Source: Desulfobacterales bacterium
Lineage (GTDB): Bacteria; Desulfobacterota; Desulfobacteria; Desulfobacterales; UBA2174
Direction: 5' to 3'
DNA length: 64,000 nucleotides
Assembly: GCA_963668645.2 (NCBI GenBank)
Contig: CAXXWC010000020.1
Location: forward strand, 128,001-192,000
The translations under genes were made by a program, and so were the position numbers. This document shows, in pieces, positions 30,699-41,313 of the stretch; the first letter of the stretch is position 1; every line of letters begins with the position of its first letter. The notes under the pieces were generated by a model. That model was not told where the DNA came from, searched no databases, and saw nothing but the letters and a program-made list of their open reading frames with translations.

Positions 30699-31733
30699 AT
30701 GATGACCTTCATCAAGCAACGCGTTGTCCCGGCGCTGGTGCTCTTGGCGCTGATCTGGGCGGTGGCTCCGGCGGTGGTATCGGCCGGTGACCTGCTGGTC
30801 TACACGGCCCTGGAAGACGACGAAATTCCGCGCTATCTCGCCCTGCTCAAGCAGACCCATCCCGAGATCAACGTCAGGATCGTGCGCGATTCGACCGGGA
30901 TCGTGACCGCCAAGCTGCTGGCCGAAAAGGACAACCCCCAGGCGGACCTGGTCTGGGGTACGGCGGCCACCAGCCTGATGCTCTGCCAGCGCGCCGGAAT
31001 GGTGGAACCTTACGCCCCCAAGGGGCTGGAGCGGGTGCGGCCCAAGATGCGCGACGGGGCCGCAACGCCGGCCTGGGTTGGCATCAAGGCCTGGATGACC
31101 GGTTTTTGCGTCAATACCATCGAGACCAAGGCCCTCAACCTGCCGGTCCCCCACAGCTTCGCCGATCTGATCGACCCGACTTACAAAGGACAGCTCGCCA
31201 TGCCCAACCCCGCCTCCTCGGGCACCGGCTTTCTCACCGTTTCGGCCATTTTGCAGATGATGGGCGAAAAGAAGGGCTGGGCCTACCTCGACCAGCTTCA
31301 CGGCAATATCGCCCGTTACACCCACTCGGGCTCCAAGCCGTGCAAGCTGGCCGGCGCCGGAGAGCTGCCTATCGGCATCAGCTTCGCTTACCGCGGCTTC
31401 ATGCAGAAACAGAAAGGCGAGCCGGTGCTCACCGTCTTCCCCAAGGAAGGTTCGGGCTGGGACGTGGAGGCCAACTGCCTGATCAAGAAGGCCGGGATCA
31501 AGCCCGAAGCGCGCACCTTTCTGGACTGGGCCATCAGCGAACCGGTGATGAAGGAATACGCCAAGGTCTATCCGGTGACCGCCTATGCCACCGACGTGCC
31601 GATTCCGGAAGGCTTTCCGGCCGATCCGGAGGCCCAGTTGATCCAGAACGACTTTCAATGGGCGGCCCAGAACCGCGAGCGGATCCTGGCCGAATGGTCG
31701 CGGCGCTATGACACCAAGAGCGACCCCAAATAA
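30699..31733 (+). CDS. Putative 2-aminoethylphosphonate ABC substrate-binding protein (PhnS2-like)
   Basis: Signal peptide, [43 protein letters not shown]; phnX/phnW context. Confidence 0.85.
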   Translation: MMTFIKQRVVPALVLLALIWAVAPAVVSAGDLLVYTALEDDEIPRYLALLKQTHPEINVRIVRDSTGIVTAKLLAEKDNPQADLVWGTAATSLMLCQRAGMVEPYAPKGLERVRPKMRDGAATPAWVGIKAWMTGFCVNTIETKALNLPVPHSFADLIDPTYKGQLAMPNPASSGTGFLTVSAILQMMGEKKGWAYLDQLHGNIARYTHSGSKPCKLAGAGELPIGISFAYRGFMQKQKGEPVLTVFPKEGSGWDVEANCLIKKAGIKPEARTFLDWAISEPVMKEYAKVYPVTAYATDVPIPEGFPADPEAQLIQNDFQWAAQNRERILAEWSRRYDTKSDPK

Positions 31734-31794
31734 GCGCCGTTTTTCCGACAGCATGCCGGATCCGCCGGCGACAGCGGATCCGGCCGGAGGTTCC

Positions 31795-32895
31795 ATGCCG
31801 TCTTTTGATCGCGCGGACGCCTACCTGCGCCTGGTCGAGGTGACCAAACGCTTCGGCGCCTTTACCGCCCTGGAAGATATCTCTTTCCAGGCGGCCCGGG
31901 GCGAGTTCATCACCATCCTCGGGCCTAGCGGCTGCGGCAAGACCACCCTGCTGCGGGTCATCGCCGGGCTGGAGCCCCAGACCCGGGGACGCGTCGAAAT
32001 CCAGGGCTGTGATGTTTCCAACCTGCCGGTTTCGGTCCGCAACGTGGGGATCGTCTTTCAATCCTACGCCCTGTTTCCCAACCTGACGGCCCGGGACAAC
32101 ATCGCCTACGGCCTGCACGGCCGGGGGATGAATCCGGACCACGTCCGGCGCCGGGTGGACGACCTGCTCGAGCTGGTGGGGCTGGGCGGCATGGGCCGCA
32201 AATTCCCGGCCCAGCTCTCCGGCGGCCAGCAGCAGCGCGTGGCCCTGGCCCGCGCCATGGCCCTTTCGCCCGACCTGCTGCTTTTGGACGAACCGCTCTC
32301 GGCCCTGGACGCCAAGGTGCGCGTCATGCTGCGCGGCGAAATCCGCCGGCTCCAGCAGCGCCTGGGGGTGACCACCATCATGGTCACCCACGACCAGGAA
32401 GAGGCCCTGACCATGGCCGACCGGATCCTGGTCATCGATCAGGGGCGCCTGGCCCAGAACGGCACGCCCCGGCAGATCTACGATCGGCCGGCCACCCCCT
32501 TTGTGGCGGCCTTCATCGGGGCGATGAACTTTATCCGTGATGCCACCAAGATCTCCGACGATCTTTACCGGGTGGGGCCCCACCAGTTTGCCATCGACGG
32601 CGAGAACGGGTCGTGCGGCCTGCCCAGCGGCGCTGCGGTGATGCTGGCGATCCGTCCCGAAGACGTGCTGCTGCGACCGGCTGCAAACGGAGGGGCCAAC
32701 ACGCTGCCATCAAGGGTCTCCCAGATGGAGTACCGCGGGGCCAACTTCCGGCTGAGCCTGCATCTTGGCCCGGAAGAGATGCCGCTGGAGGCCGAGGTGC
32801 CGGCGGAAAAGGTCCGGCGGCTTAAAATCCGGCCGGCCATGCGCCTGGCGGTGGAACTGCCCCGGGAAAGGCTTCGGGTTTATGCCGCAGCCTGA
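31795..32895 (+). CDS. Putative 2-AEP ABC ATPase (PhnT2-like)
   Basis: GPSGCGKTT, LSGGQQQR, DEPLSALD, TOBE-like tail. Confidence 0.88.
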   Translation: MPSFDRADAYLRLVEVTKRFGAFTALEDISFQAARGEFITILGPSGCGKTTLLRVIAGLEPQTRGRVEIQGCDVSNLPVSVRNVGIVFQSYALFPNLTARDNIAYGLHGRGMNPDHVRRRVDDLLELVGLGGMGRKFPAQLSGGQQQRVALARAMALSPDLLLLDEPLSALDAKVRVMLRGEIRRLQQRLGVTTIMVTHDQEEALTMADRILVIDQGRLAQNGTPRQIYDRPATPFVAAFIGAMNFIRDATKISDDLYRVGPHQFAIDGENGSCGLPSGAAVMLAIRPEDVLLRPAANGGANTLPSRVSQMEYRGANFRLSLHLGPEEMPLEAEVPAEKVRRLKIRPAMRLAVELPRERLRVYAAA

Positions 32896-32979
32896 AGTGG
32901 CCGGGATCGGGCGTGTTTCCAGCAGGGGCAACCGATTTTTGCAGGGCGCCGCGGCGCTGCTGCGCCCCATCGCGATCCG

Positions 32980-34740
32980 ATGAACACCGCCGTCACATCT
33001 TTGGCCGCCGCCTGCCGGGGGGCCCTCTTTGCGACCCTGGACCGCGAAGCCTGGATCCGTCGCATCCTGATTTTGTTGCTCTGCCTCTGGATGCTGGTGG
33101 TGGTGGTCCTGCCCATCTTTCAGCTCCTGGCGATGAGTTTGCAGGACGCCTCGGGCCAATTCGTCGGACTGGCCAACTTCGCCCATTATTTTGCCACCCC
33201 GGCCCTGTTCAACTCCCTTTCCAACAGCCTGATCGTCGCCGTCCTGACCACCGTGATCAGCGTCGGCCTCGGGTTCGGGTTCGCCTACGCCCTGACGCGC
33301 ACCTGCCTGCCGGCCAAGGGGTTTTTCAAGGGCCTGGCCATGGTGCCGCTTTTTGCCCCGACCCTGCTCAACGGGATCGCCCTGGTCTATCTGTTCGGCC
33401 GCAAGGGGTTGATCACCAGAGGCTTCTTCGGTGCCCTGCCCGGATTCGACATCCAGCTTTACGGCCGGACGGGAATCGTCATCGCCGAGGCCATCTACAC
33501 CTTTCCCCAGGCCGTGTTGATCCTGTCCATCGCCCTGAACCTCACCGACGCCAGGCTCTACGAGGCGGCCGCCAGCCTGGGGGCCGGAAGGGTGCGCATC
33601 TTTTTCACCGTCACCTTGCCCAATATCAAGTACGGCCTGCTTTCGGCCGTGGTGGTCTGCTTCATCCTGTCGTTTACCGACTTCGGTGCACCCAAGGTGG
33701 TGGGCGGCAACTACCCCATCCTGGCCACGGACATCTACAAGCAGGTCATCGGCCAGCAAAACTTCGTCATGGGGGCCGTGGTCAGCGTCGTGCTGCTGAT
33801 TCCCACCGTGGTCGCCTTCGTGGTGGATCGCATCGTGCAGCGGCGCCAGAGTGCCATGATCGCGGCCCGCTCGGTGCCGCTGGTGGCGACCGCGGAAAGG
33901 ATGCGGGACGGCTGTTTTACCGCCTATTGCGGCCTGATCGCCGCTTTCATCGTCGGGTTTTACCTGGTGGCCCTGTACGCTTCCCTGGTCAAGGTATGGC
34001 CCTACGATTTGAGCCTGGGGTGGTGGCATTACCACTTTGGCGGCACCGGGGGCGGGGGGTATGGCGCATTTTTCAACAGCCTGCGCATGAGTGCCTGGTC
34101 GGCCGTTTTCGGCACCCTGCTGGCCTTTGCCAGCGCCTATCTGATCGAAAAGAGTCAGGGCCTGCACCCGCTGAGACAAACGGCTTATTTTTTGTCGATT
34201 CTGCCCCTGGCCCTGCCCGGGCTTGTCATCGGCCTGGCCTACATCTTCTTTTTCAACGCCCCGGGATGGACCGTGGCCGGCGTGACGGTGCCCAACCCAT
34301 TCAACTGGGTCTATGCCAGCATGACGATCCTGGTGATGTGCAATATCGTCCACTTTTACACGGTGAGCTTTCTGACCGCCACCACGGCCCTCAAGCAGCT
34401 CGACCGGGAATTCGAAACCGTCTCGGCCGCCATGGGAGTCCCCTTCTACCGCACCTTTGTCCGGGTCACGGTGCCCATCTGCCTGCCGGCCATCCTGGAA
34501 ATCGGGATGTATTATTTCGTCAATTGCATGGCAACGGTTTCCGCGGTAATCTTCCTCTACTCGGCCGACCTCCCGCTGGCGTCGGTGGCGGTGGCCAACA
34601 TGGATGATGCCGGTGACATAGCGCCGGCCTGCGCCATGTCGATGCTCATCGTGGCCGCCAACATCGGCGTGCGCGTTCTTTACGGCCTTATCACCCGCGG
34701 CCTGCGGCGGCGCAGCCAGGCCTGGGCCGCCGCGGCCTGA
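32980..34740 (+). CDS. Putative 2-AEP ABC permease (PhnU2-like, two fused permease domains)
   Basis: Many TM helices, EAA..LGA loop, TDFG.PKV.GG, MDDAGD. Confidence 0.88.
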   Translation: MNTAVTSLAAACRGALFATLDREAWIRRILILLLCLWMLVVVVLPIFQLLAMSLQDASGQFVGLANFAHYFATPALFNSLSNSLIVAVLTTVISVGLGFGFAYALTRTCLPAKGFFKGLAMVPLFAPTLLNGIALVYLFGRKGLITRGFFGALPGFDIQLYGRTGIVIAEAIYTFPQAVLILSIALNLTDARLYEAAASLGAGRVRIFFTVTLPNIKYGLLSAVVVCFILSFTDFGAPKVVGGNYPILATDIYKQVIGQQNFVMGAVVSVVLLIPTVVAFVVDRIVQRRQSAMIAARSVPLVATAERMRDGCFTAYCGLIAAFIVGFYLVALYASLVKVWPYDLSLGWWHYHFGGTGGGGYGAFFNSLRMSAWSAVFGTLLAFASAYLIEKSQGLHPLRQTAYFLSILPLALPGLVIGLAYIFFFNAPGWTVAGVTVPNPFNWVYASMTILVMCNIVHFYTVSFLTATTALKQLDREFETVSAAMGVPFYRTFVRVTVPICLPAILEIGMYYFVNCMATVSAVIFLYSADLPLASVAVANMDDAGDIAPACAMSMLIVAANIGVRVLYGLITRGLRRRSQAWAAAA

Positions 34741-34760
34741 ACCCTAAAAGGAGAATCTTT

Positions 34761-35618
34761 TTGATGACTGTGTATGTGCGCAACACCCCCTATACCGGCC
34801 CGCTTCAGGCCGCCGTGCTCGACTGGGCCGGAACAACGGTGGACTTCGGCTGCCGCGGACCGGCCGCCGTCTTCGTGGATGCCTTCCAAAAGTACGGGAT
34901 CCAGGTTTCAGCGCCCGAGGCGCGCCAGTTCATGGGCCTGACCAAGCGCGACCACGTGGCCGCCATGTGTGACCTGCCTGCGGTGGGAGAGCAGTGGCAG
35001 CGGCGCTGGGGCCGGTCCTGCGAGCCGGAGGACGTCGGCCGGATCTACGCTGATCTGGAACCGATGATGATCGAAACCGTCAAGCGCCACGCCGAGCCGA
35101 TCCCCGGGGTGGTGGAGGCGGTGGCCGCCTTTCGCGCCATGGGCATCAAGATCGGTGCCTGCACCGGCTACACCCGGCCCATGGTGGACGCCCTGGCGCC
35201 GGTGGCCCGGCAATTGGGGTATGCGCCGGATGCCATGGTCTGCGCCTCGGACGTGCCGGCCGGCCGACCCTACCCGTTCATGTGCTACCTGAACGCCATG
35301 GCCCTGAAGGTCTACCCGATGGAGGCCATGGTCAAGATCGGCGACACGGTGGCCGACATCCAGGAAGGGCTCAACGCCGGGATGTGGACCATCGGCCTGA
35401 CGCGCTGCGGCAACGAGATCGGTTTGAGCGAGGAGGAAATCGCGGCCCTGGCCCCCGCAGAGATCGGCCGCTGGGTGGCGCAAGTGGCCGAACGCTTTCG
35501 GGCCGCCGGGGCCCACTACGTGGCCGAAAGCCTGGGAGAATGCCTGCCGATCATCGAGGAGATCAACCGGCGCCTGGCCGGCGGTGAGATGCCGCTGATG
35601 CCTTCGGGCGGTAAATGA
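34761..35618 (+). CDS. phnX: Phosphonoacetaldehyde hydrolase
   Basis: DWAGTTVDFG, MGL.K.DH (Schiff-base Lys), GRP.P.M, K.GDT..DI.EG.NAG.W. Confidence 0.93.
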   Translation: MMTVYVRNTPYTGPLQAAVLDWAGTTVDFGCRGPAAVFVDAFQKYGIQVSAPEARQFMGLTKRDHVAAMCDLPAVGEQWQRRWGRSCEPEDVGRIYADLEPMMIETVKRHAEPIPGVVEAVAAFRAMGIKIGACTGYTRPMVDALAPVARQLGYAPDAMVCASDVPAGRPYPFMCYLNAMALKVYPMEAMVKIGDTVADIQEGLNAGMWTIGLTRCGNEIGLSEEEIAALAPAEIGRWVAQVAERFRAAGAHYVAESLGECLPIIEEINRRLAGGEMPLMPSGGK

Positions 35619-36994
35619 ACATGCCGGTCTCTGCCACTGCCGTGGACCTGAGCGAGGGCGACAGCAATCTTTCCGCCGGGCGGCGCGACTGGTACCGGAG
35701 CCGGGACGCCGCGGCCCGGCAGATCCTGGACCGGGACGCCGGCTGTTTTTTGCACCAGAGCCTGTCGACCCCCTGCCTGGATGTCCTGGCCGGATGCGAG
35801 GGGGCCTATATCATGGACCTTTCCGGGCGCCGCATCCTCGATTTTCACGGCAACAGCGCCCACCCGGTGGGCTACGGCCACCCGGCGGTGGTCGGAGCGG
35901 TCATCGATCAGATCCGGCGCCTTTCCTTCTGCCCGCGACGCTACACCAACACCACCGCCGTGGCCCTGGCAGAGCGTCTCGGTCAGATCGCCCCGGGGGG
36001 ACTTTCCAAGGTCCTGCTGGCCCCGGGCGGCACCAGCGCGGTGGGCATGGCGCTCAAGCTGGCCCGGGCCGCCACCGGCCGTTACAAGACCGTTTCCATG
36101 TGGGACAGCTTCCACGGCGCGTCCCTGGATGCCATCGCCATCGGCGGCGAAGCCCTGTTCCGGCGGGGGATGGGGCCGCTGGGGCCCGGCGCCGTCCACG
36201 TGCCGCCGCCGGTGCCCCACCGCTGCCTGTGGAATCCGTCCGGTCAATGCGCCCGTTGCGACCTTCGCTGCGCCCGGTACGTGGCCTATGTTCTGGAAAA
36301 AGAAGGGGATGTGGGCGCGGTGGTGGCCGAACCGATCCGCTGCACCGATCCGGTGCCGCCCCCGCCGGGGTACTGGAAAATGGTGCGCCGGGCCTGCGAC
36401 CGCCACGGGGCCCTGCTGGTCTTCGATGAGACGGCGGTGGGGCTGGGGCGCACCGGCCGGCTTTTCGCATTCCAAAACGAGGGGGTACTGCCCGACATCC
36501 TGCTGCTGGGCAAGGGGCTGGGCGGCGGCATCATGCCCCTGGCGGCCATGATTGCCAGGGCGGACCTGGATCTGGCCCCCCACATGGCCCTGGGCCATTA
36601 CACCCACGAGAAGAACCCCGTGGCCTGTGCCGCGGCCCTGGCCACCCTGGATCTGATCGAAGCCGAAGACTTGCCCGCCCGGGCCGACCACCTGGGGCGC
36701 CATGCCATGCGGCGCCTCAAGATCATGCAGCAACGCCAGCGGCTGATCGGGGCGGTGCGCGGCCGGGGGCTGGCCATCGGGGCAGAACTTATAAAACACA
36801 CCGAAGACCATACTGCGGCGGCCGCCGAGGCCGACCGGCTGATGTACGCCTGCCTGGCGCGGGGGTTGAGCTTCAAGGTCACCGGGGGCAACGTGGTGAG
36901 TCTGACCCCGCCGCTGACCATCACCGAAACCGAACTCGACCAGGCCCTGGACATCCTGGAGGCCGCCCTGAGCGAAATTTCAGGCGCGGATTGA
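35615..36994 (+). CDS. pbfA: Class III PLP enzyme, likely (R)-1-hydroxy-2-aminoethylphosphonate ammonia-lyase (PbfA-like)
   Basis: SEGD.N N-terminus, FLHQSLSTPC, DFHGN, F.PRRYT, WDSFHGAS, GKG.GGG, GHYTHEKNP; between phnX and phnW. Confidence 0.8.
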   Translation: MNMPVSATAVDLSEGDSNLSAGRRDWYRSRDAAARQILDRDAGCFLHQSLSTPCLDVLAGCEGAYIMDLSGRRILDFHGNSAHPVGYGHPAVVGAVIDQIRRLSFCPRRYTNTTAVALAERLGQIAPGGLSKVLLAPGGTSAVGMALKLARAATGRYKTVSMWDSFHGASLDAIAIGGEALFRRGMGPLGPGAVHVPPPVPHRCLWNPSGQCARCDLRCARYVAYVLEKEGDVGAVVAEPIRCTDPVPPPPGYWKMVRRACDRHGALLVFDETAVGLGRTGRLFAFQNEGVLPDILLLGKGLGGGIMPLAAMIARADLDLAPHMALGHYTHEKNPVACAAALATLDLIEAEDLPARADHLGRHAMRRLKIMQQRQRLIGAVRGRGLAIGAELIKHTEDHTAAAAEADRLMYACLARGLSFKVTGGNVVSLTPPLTITETELDQALDILEAALSEISGAD

Positions 36995-37030
36995 GCATAC
37001 GCCAACCATTTTGGTTTTCAAAAGGACAAT

Positions 37031-38155
37031 ATGCCGGATCTCGACCTGAACCTCATGCCGGACAACCCCTACCTGCTGCTGACCCCGGGGCCGCTGTCGA
37101 CCACAAAAAGCGTCAAGCGCGTCATGCTGCGCGACTGGTGCACCTGGGATGAGGACTACAACCGCATCGTGACCGACATCCGCCGGCGCCTCGTCGCCCT
37201 GGCCGCCGGTGATGATGATGGGTTTAGCGCCGTTCTGATGCAGGGCAGCGGCACCTTCAGCGTGGAGGCCGCCGTCACCACCGCCGTGCCCGAGGACGGG
37301 AAACTGCTCGTGCTGGCCAACGGGGCCTACGGCCGTCGTATCGCCCAAATCGCCCGCTGCGCCCGCATCCCGGCCACCGTCCACTACGCCGGCGAGCTGG
37401 CCCCGCCCGACCTCGAGCGCCTCGACCAGGCCCTGGCCGCCGAGCCCGGCATCACCCATGTGGCTGTCGTGCATTGCGAGACCACCACCGGCATGCTCAA
37501 CCCGGTGGCCGAGATCGGCCGCATCGTCAAGTCCCACGACCGCCTGTTTATCGTGGATGCCATGAGCAGCTTCGGCGGGATCCCCCTGGACATGGCGGCC
37601 ATCGGCGCCGACTATCTGATCAGCAGTGCCAACAAGTGCATCCAGGGGGTGCCCGGTTTCGGCTTCGTCATCGCCCGCCGCCAGGTTCTGGCGGCCACCG
37701 AGGGCCGGGCCCGCTCGCTGAGTCTCGATCTTTTCGACCAATGGCGCACCATGGAGGAAAAAGGCGGCAAGTGGCGCTTTACCTCGCCCACCCACGTGGT
37801 GCGCGCCTTTGCCCAGGCCCTGGGGGAACTGGAAGCCGAAGGCGGCGTCGGGGCCCGCCATGCCCGCTACGCCGCCAATCACCACCGTTTGTTGGACGGC
37901 ATGCAGCGGCTCGGTTTCGTCCCGGTGCTGGCGCCGGAACACCGCTCGCCCATCATCACCGCCTTTTACAGCCCGGACGATCCGGAATATCGTTTCGAGC
38001 AGTTCTACGCCAATCTCAAGCAGCGGGGCTTTGTCATCTACCCGGGCAAGGTCACCGAGCAGGACACATTCCGCATCGGCACCATCGGAGACGTGTTTCC
38101 GGATGACATCGACCGGCTGGTCGCCGCGGTGGCCGAAAGCATTTACTGGGCCTGA
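37031..38155 (+). CDS. phnW: 2-aminoethylphosphonate-pyruvate transaminase
   Basis: LLTPGPL, D..TWD, QGSGT, HCETTTG, DAMSSFG, SANKC..G.PG, RFTSPT, IYPGK. Confidence 0.95.
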   Translation: MPDLDLNLMPDNPYLLLTPGPLSTTKSVKRVMLRDWCTWDEDYNRIVTDIRRRLVALAAGDDDGFSAVLMQGSGTFSVEAAVTTAVPEDGKLLVLANGAYGRRIAQIARCARIPATVHYAGELAPPDLERLDQALAAEPGITHVAVVHCETTTGMLNPVAEIGRIVKSHDRLFIVDAMSSFGGIPLDMAAIGADYLISSANKCIQGVPGFGFVIARRQVLAATEGRARSLSLDLFDQWRTMEEKGGKWRFTSPTHVVRAFAQALGELEAEGGVGARHARYAANHHRLLDGMQRLGFVPVLAPEHRSPIITAFYSPDDPEYRFEQFYANLKQRGFVIYPGKVTEQDTFRIGTIGDVFPDDIDRLVAAVAESIYWA

Positions 38156-38316
38156 GATTTCCCCCGCCGTCCTTGCGGAACCAACTTCAAACCGCTCCCT
38201 AATCCCACCGCAACACCGGGCCGGCAGAGTAGTTCCGGCTCGTACAAAACCGGTTTTGCCCACAGCCGTCTGTTCCGGAAAAACCCACTTTCGAACCAAA
38301 GAAAAAGGAGATCGAA

Positions 38317-39912
38317 ATGAAGCGCAAACATTGGCTGTCGCTGTTTGCGGCCGCCGCCATGCTGTTTTTCGCGACGGCGGCAGGCGCCGGGCAACCGAAG
38401 TACGTGTTTTTCTTTCTGGGCGACGGGATGGCCAGCGCCCAGATCCAGGCCACCGAAGCCTATCTGGCGACCCGTTACGCCGTCGATGAAAACCTGCCGG
38501 TAGGGCCGAATGCCGGGGAATTGGAAGCCGCCTACCTGTTGAAGCCTGAAAACCGGCTCCACATGAGCAAGATGCCGTTTGCAGGCATGCAGACCACCTA
38601 CGATTCTTTCGCCCTGCAGACCGATTCGGCCTCCTCGGCCACGGCGTTCGCCTGCGGTTTAAAGACCCGCAGCGGCGTGATCGGCATGGACGACGCCAAA
38701 ACCCGCAGCTACAAGAGCATCGCCCAGCTGGCCCACGAACAGGGCAAAAAGGTTGGCATCCTTAGCAGCGTATCTTTGGATCACGCCACCCCGGCGGCCT
38801 ACTATGCCAGCGTCGCCAACCGCAACTACATGAACAACATCGCTTCCCAGTTGGCGGCCACCGGCTACGAGTTTTTCGGCGGCGGGGGCCTGGTCGCGCC
38901 GAGCGGCCCCAAGACTGGCGGCGACACGAGCTACGATATATGGCAGCTGCTCAACGACAACGGCTACACCGTGCTGGAAAATCGTGCCGATATTCTGGCC
39001 TTGAAGCAAAACCCCATAGACAAGGTGGTCTGCATCAATCCGATTCTGCCGGGCAGCTCTGCCATGCCCTATGCCATCGACAAGCCGGCCGAGAACCTTT
39101 CTCTGGCCGAGATGACCGAGGTGGCCATCGAAACCCTTTATCAGGATCGTGCGCCGTGCAGGCCTTTTCGATGGGGCAAGCCGTGCAAGCCCTGGAAAAA
39201 AGACAGGAACGGTTTTTTCATCATGGTCGAAGGCGGCAAGATCGACTGGGCCTGCCATGCCAACGACGCCATGGCTGCCATCGGCGATATGATCGATTTT
39301 GACAACGCCATCGGCAAAGCACTGGATTTCTTTAAAAAACATCCTTTTGAAACCCTGATCGTCGTCACCGGCGACCACGAGACCGGCGGCATGACCATCG
39401 GCCATGCCACCACGGGCTACAAGGCATACTACGACCGGCTCTTCGGGCAGGTGGAAAGCTTTGAGAGCTTCCAGGCCAACGAATGGGCCGCGCACAAGGC
39501 CGCCTACAGCACCGGGTATGTCTATGCCGATCCAGACAACCTGTCGGCCAACGGGATGATCGATCTGATGGCCGATTATTTCGGGCTCGATTACGCCGCG
39601 CTCAACGATTACCAGAAGGAAAAGCTCGAAGACGCCTACGACAAGTCCATGTGCGGCAGCAACGACAACAGCGGCGCCGAGAACACCCTGCTTTACGGCA
39701 GCTACGAACCGATCATCGTGACCATCACCCACATTCTCAACGAGCAGGCCAGCCTCGGCTGGACCTCCTACTCCCACACCGGAGTGCCGGTTCCGGTATT
39801 TGCCCAGGGGATAGAAGCCAGGGCCTTCGCCGGCTTCTACGACAACACCGACATCGCTAAGAAACTGGCCCGGGTGATGGATATTCGCGAGATGATGCCG
39901 GTCCTTAAATAA
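38317..39912 (+). CDS. Alkaline phosphatase (PhoA family), copy 2
   Basis: Same catalytic motifs as copy 1; long near-identical DNA stretches. Confidence 0.93.
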   Translation: MKRKHWLSLFAAAAMLFFATAAGAGQPKYVFFFLGDGMASAQIQATEAYLATRYAVDENLPVGPNAGELEAAYLLKPENRLHMSKMPFAGMQTTYDSFALQTDSASSATAFACGLKTRSGVIGMDDAKTRSYKSIAQLAHEQGKKVGILSSVSLDHATPAAYYASVANRNYMNNIASQLAATGYEFFGGGGLVAPSGPKTGGDTSYDIWQLLNDNGYTVLENRADILALKQNPIDKVVCINPILPGSSAMPYAIDKPAENLSLAEMTEVAIETLYQDRAPCRPFRWGKPCKPWKKDRNGFFIMVEGGKIDWACHANDAMAAIGDMIDFDNAIGKALDFFKKHPFETLIVVTGDHETGGMTIGHATTGYKAYYDRLFGQVESFESFQANEWAAHKAAYSTGYVYADPDNLSANGMIDLMADYFGLDYAALNDYQKEKLEDAYDKSMCGSNDNSGAENTLLYGSYEPIIVTITHILNEQASLGWTSYSHTGVPVPVFAQGIEARAFAGFYDNTDIAKKLARVMDIREMMPVLK

Positions 39913-39943
39913 AATCGCATCGAACACGGGACCGCCCTTTGTG

Positions 39944-39976
39944 CGGCGCCTCGCAAGCCGGGGCGCCGTTTTCTTT
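39944..39976 (+). terminator. Intrinsic terminator after alkaline phosphatase 2
   Basis: CGGCGCCTCG/CGGGGCGCCG stem then TTTTCTTT. Confidence 0.6.
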
Positions 39977-40003
39977 GTCCGTCCGGCTTGTGAGGAGCGT
40001 GAA

Positions 40004-41173
40004 ATGGCAAAGCTGCACCGGGAATGGCTTTTTGCCCTTGTGATCGGGGCCGTCTGCATCGCCCTGGCCTTCGTGGACCTTACGGCAAGCATCCCCAAGG
40101 CCCCCAGGGGCATTCACGCCCGGGGCAGGGTTACGGCGGTGGACAACAGTGAGGTGCGCACCAACCTGATCGTGCGTACCGGGAGCCAGTTTCTCACCGT
40201 GCGGCTGCTGGACGGCCCGAACCAGGGCCAGGACCTGGCGGTGGTCAACATGCTGACCGGAAAGATGGAGTTCGACGAGTTCTACCGGGTGGGGGCCGTG
40301 GTGCTGGTGGAATACGACCTGGCCGGCGGCCAGCCGTCCAACGCCCTGGCCCGGGGCCATTACCGCCTGGGCTTGCAGTTGCTTCTCATCGGCCTGTTCA
40401 GCCTCCTGCTGGTGTCGATCGCCGGGGTGACGGGGCTCAAGGCCGCGCTGTCGTTCGTCTTTGCCGCCATGGTGCTCTGGAAGCTCTACTTTCCGCTGCT
40501 GCTGCGCGGTTTTCCCCCCATCGCCACCGGTCTGGCCCTGGTGGCCCTGCTCACGGCGGTGATCACTTTTTCGGTGGGGGGCCTCAACCGGCGCGGGACG
40601 GCCACCTTCGCCGGTTCGATGCTCGGGGTGCTGCTCACCTGCGCCCTGGCGGTGGGATTCACCCGGGCCTTTTATCTGCACGGCGCCGTGCGGCCCTTCG
40701 CCGAAACCCTGCTCTATTCGGGATACATCGATTTGCGCCTGACCGACATCTTCATCGCCAGCGTCTTCATCGCCTCTTCCGGGGCCGTGATGGATCTGGC
40801 CATGGACATTGCGGCCAGCATGGACGAAATCAAGCGCAAGCATCCCCGGATCGGATTCGTCGAACACCTGCGCTCCGGTCTGCGCGTGGGCCGGGCCGTG
40901 ATCGGCACCATGACCACCACCTTGCTGCTGGCCTATTCGAGCAGCCACATGGCCATGTTCCTGCTTTTTATCGCCAAGGGATTAGCCCCGGCCAATCTGC
41001 TCAACGCGTCCTTTGTGGCCGCCGAAGTGCTCAATATCCTGGTCGGCAGTTTCGGGCTGGTCATGGTGGCGCCCTTCACTGTCCTCGTGGCAGGGGTGAT
41101 CTACCGTTTCGAAGTGGTGAAACCGGCGGCACCGGCTGTTGAGCGTATCGCGGCCCGCCCGGCTCACAAGTAA
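40004..41173 (+). CDS. YibE/F family membrane protein
   Basis: GAVMD....IA....E, G..VG...IGTMTTTLLLAY, E......GS.G. Confidence 0.85.
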   Translation: MAKLHREWLFALVIGAVCIALAFVDLTASIPKAPRGIHARGRVTAVDNSEVRTNLIVRTGSQFLTVRLLDGPNQGQDLAVVNMLTGKMEFDEFYRVGAVVLVEYDLAGGQPSNALARGHYRLGLQLLLIGLFSLLLVSIAGVTGLKAALSFVFAAMVLWKLYFPLLLRGFPPIATGLALVALLTAVITFSVGGLNRRGTATFAGSMLGVLLTCALAVGFTRAFYLHGAVRPFAETLLYSGYIDLRLTDIFIASVFIASSGAVMDLAMDIAASMDEIKRKHPRIGFVEHLRSGLRVGRAVIGTMTTTLLLAYSSSHMAMFLLFIAKGLAPANLLNASFVAAEVLNILVGSFGLVMVAPFTVLVAGVIYRFEVVKPAAPAVERIAARPAHK

Positions 41174-41313
41174 ATCGCCTTGAAAAGGAAGCCTTTAAGT
41201 TCATCGAAAGTTGCCGGCCATTGATGAACGGTCCGGTGATAAACGGTCTGGACAAATCGGTGCGGGTCTGTCTAGTAGAGCCCTTCAAGGATCCAAGCAA
41301 CAAGGAGTAGGCG

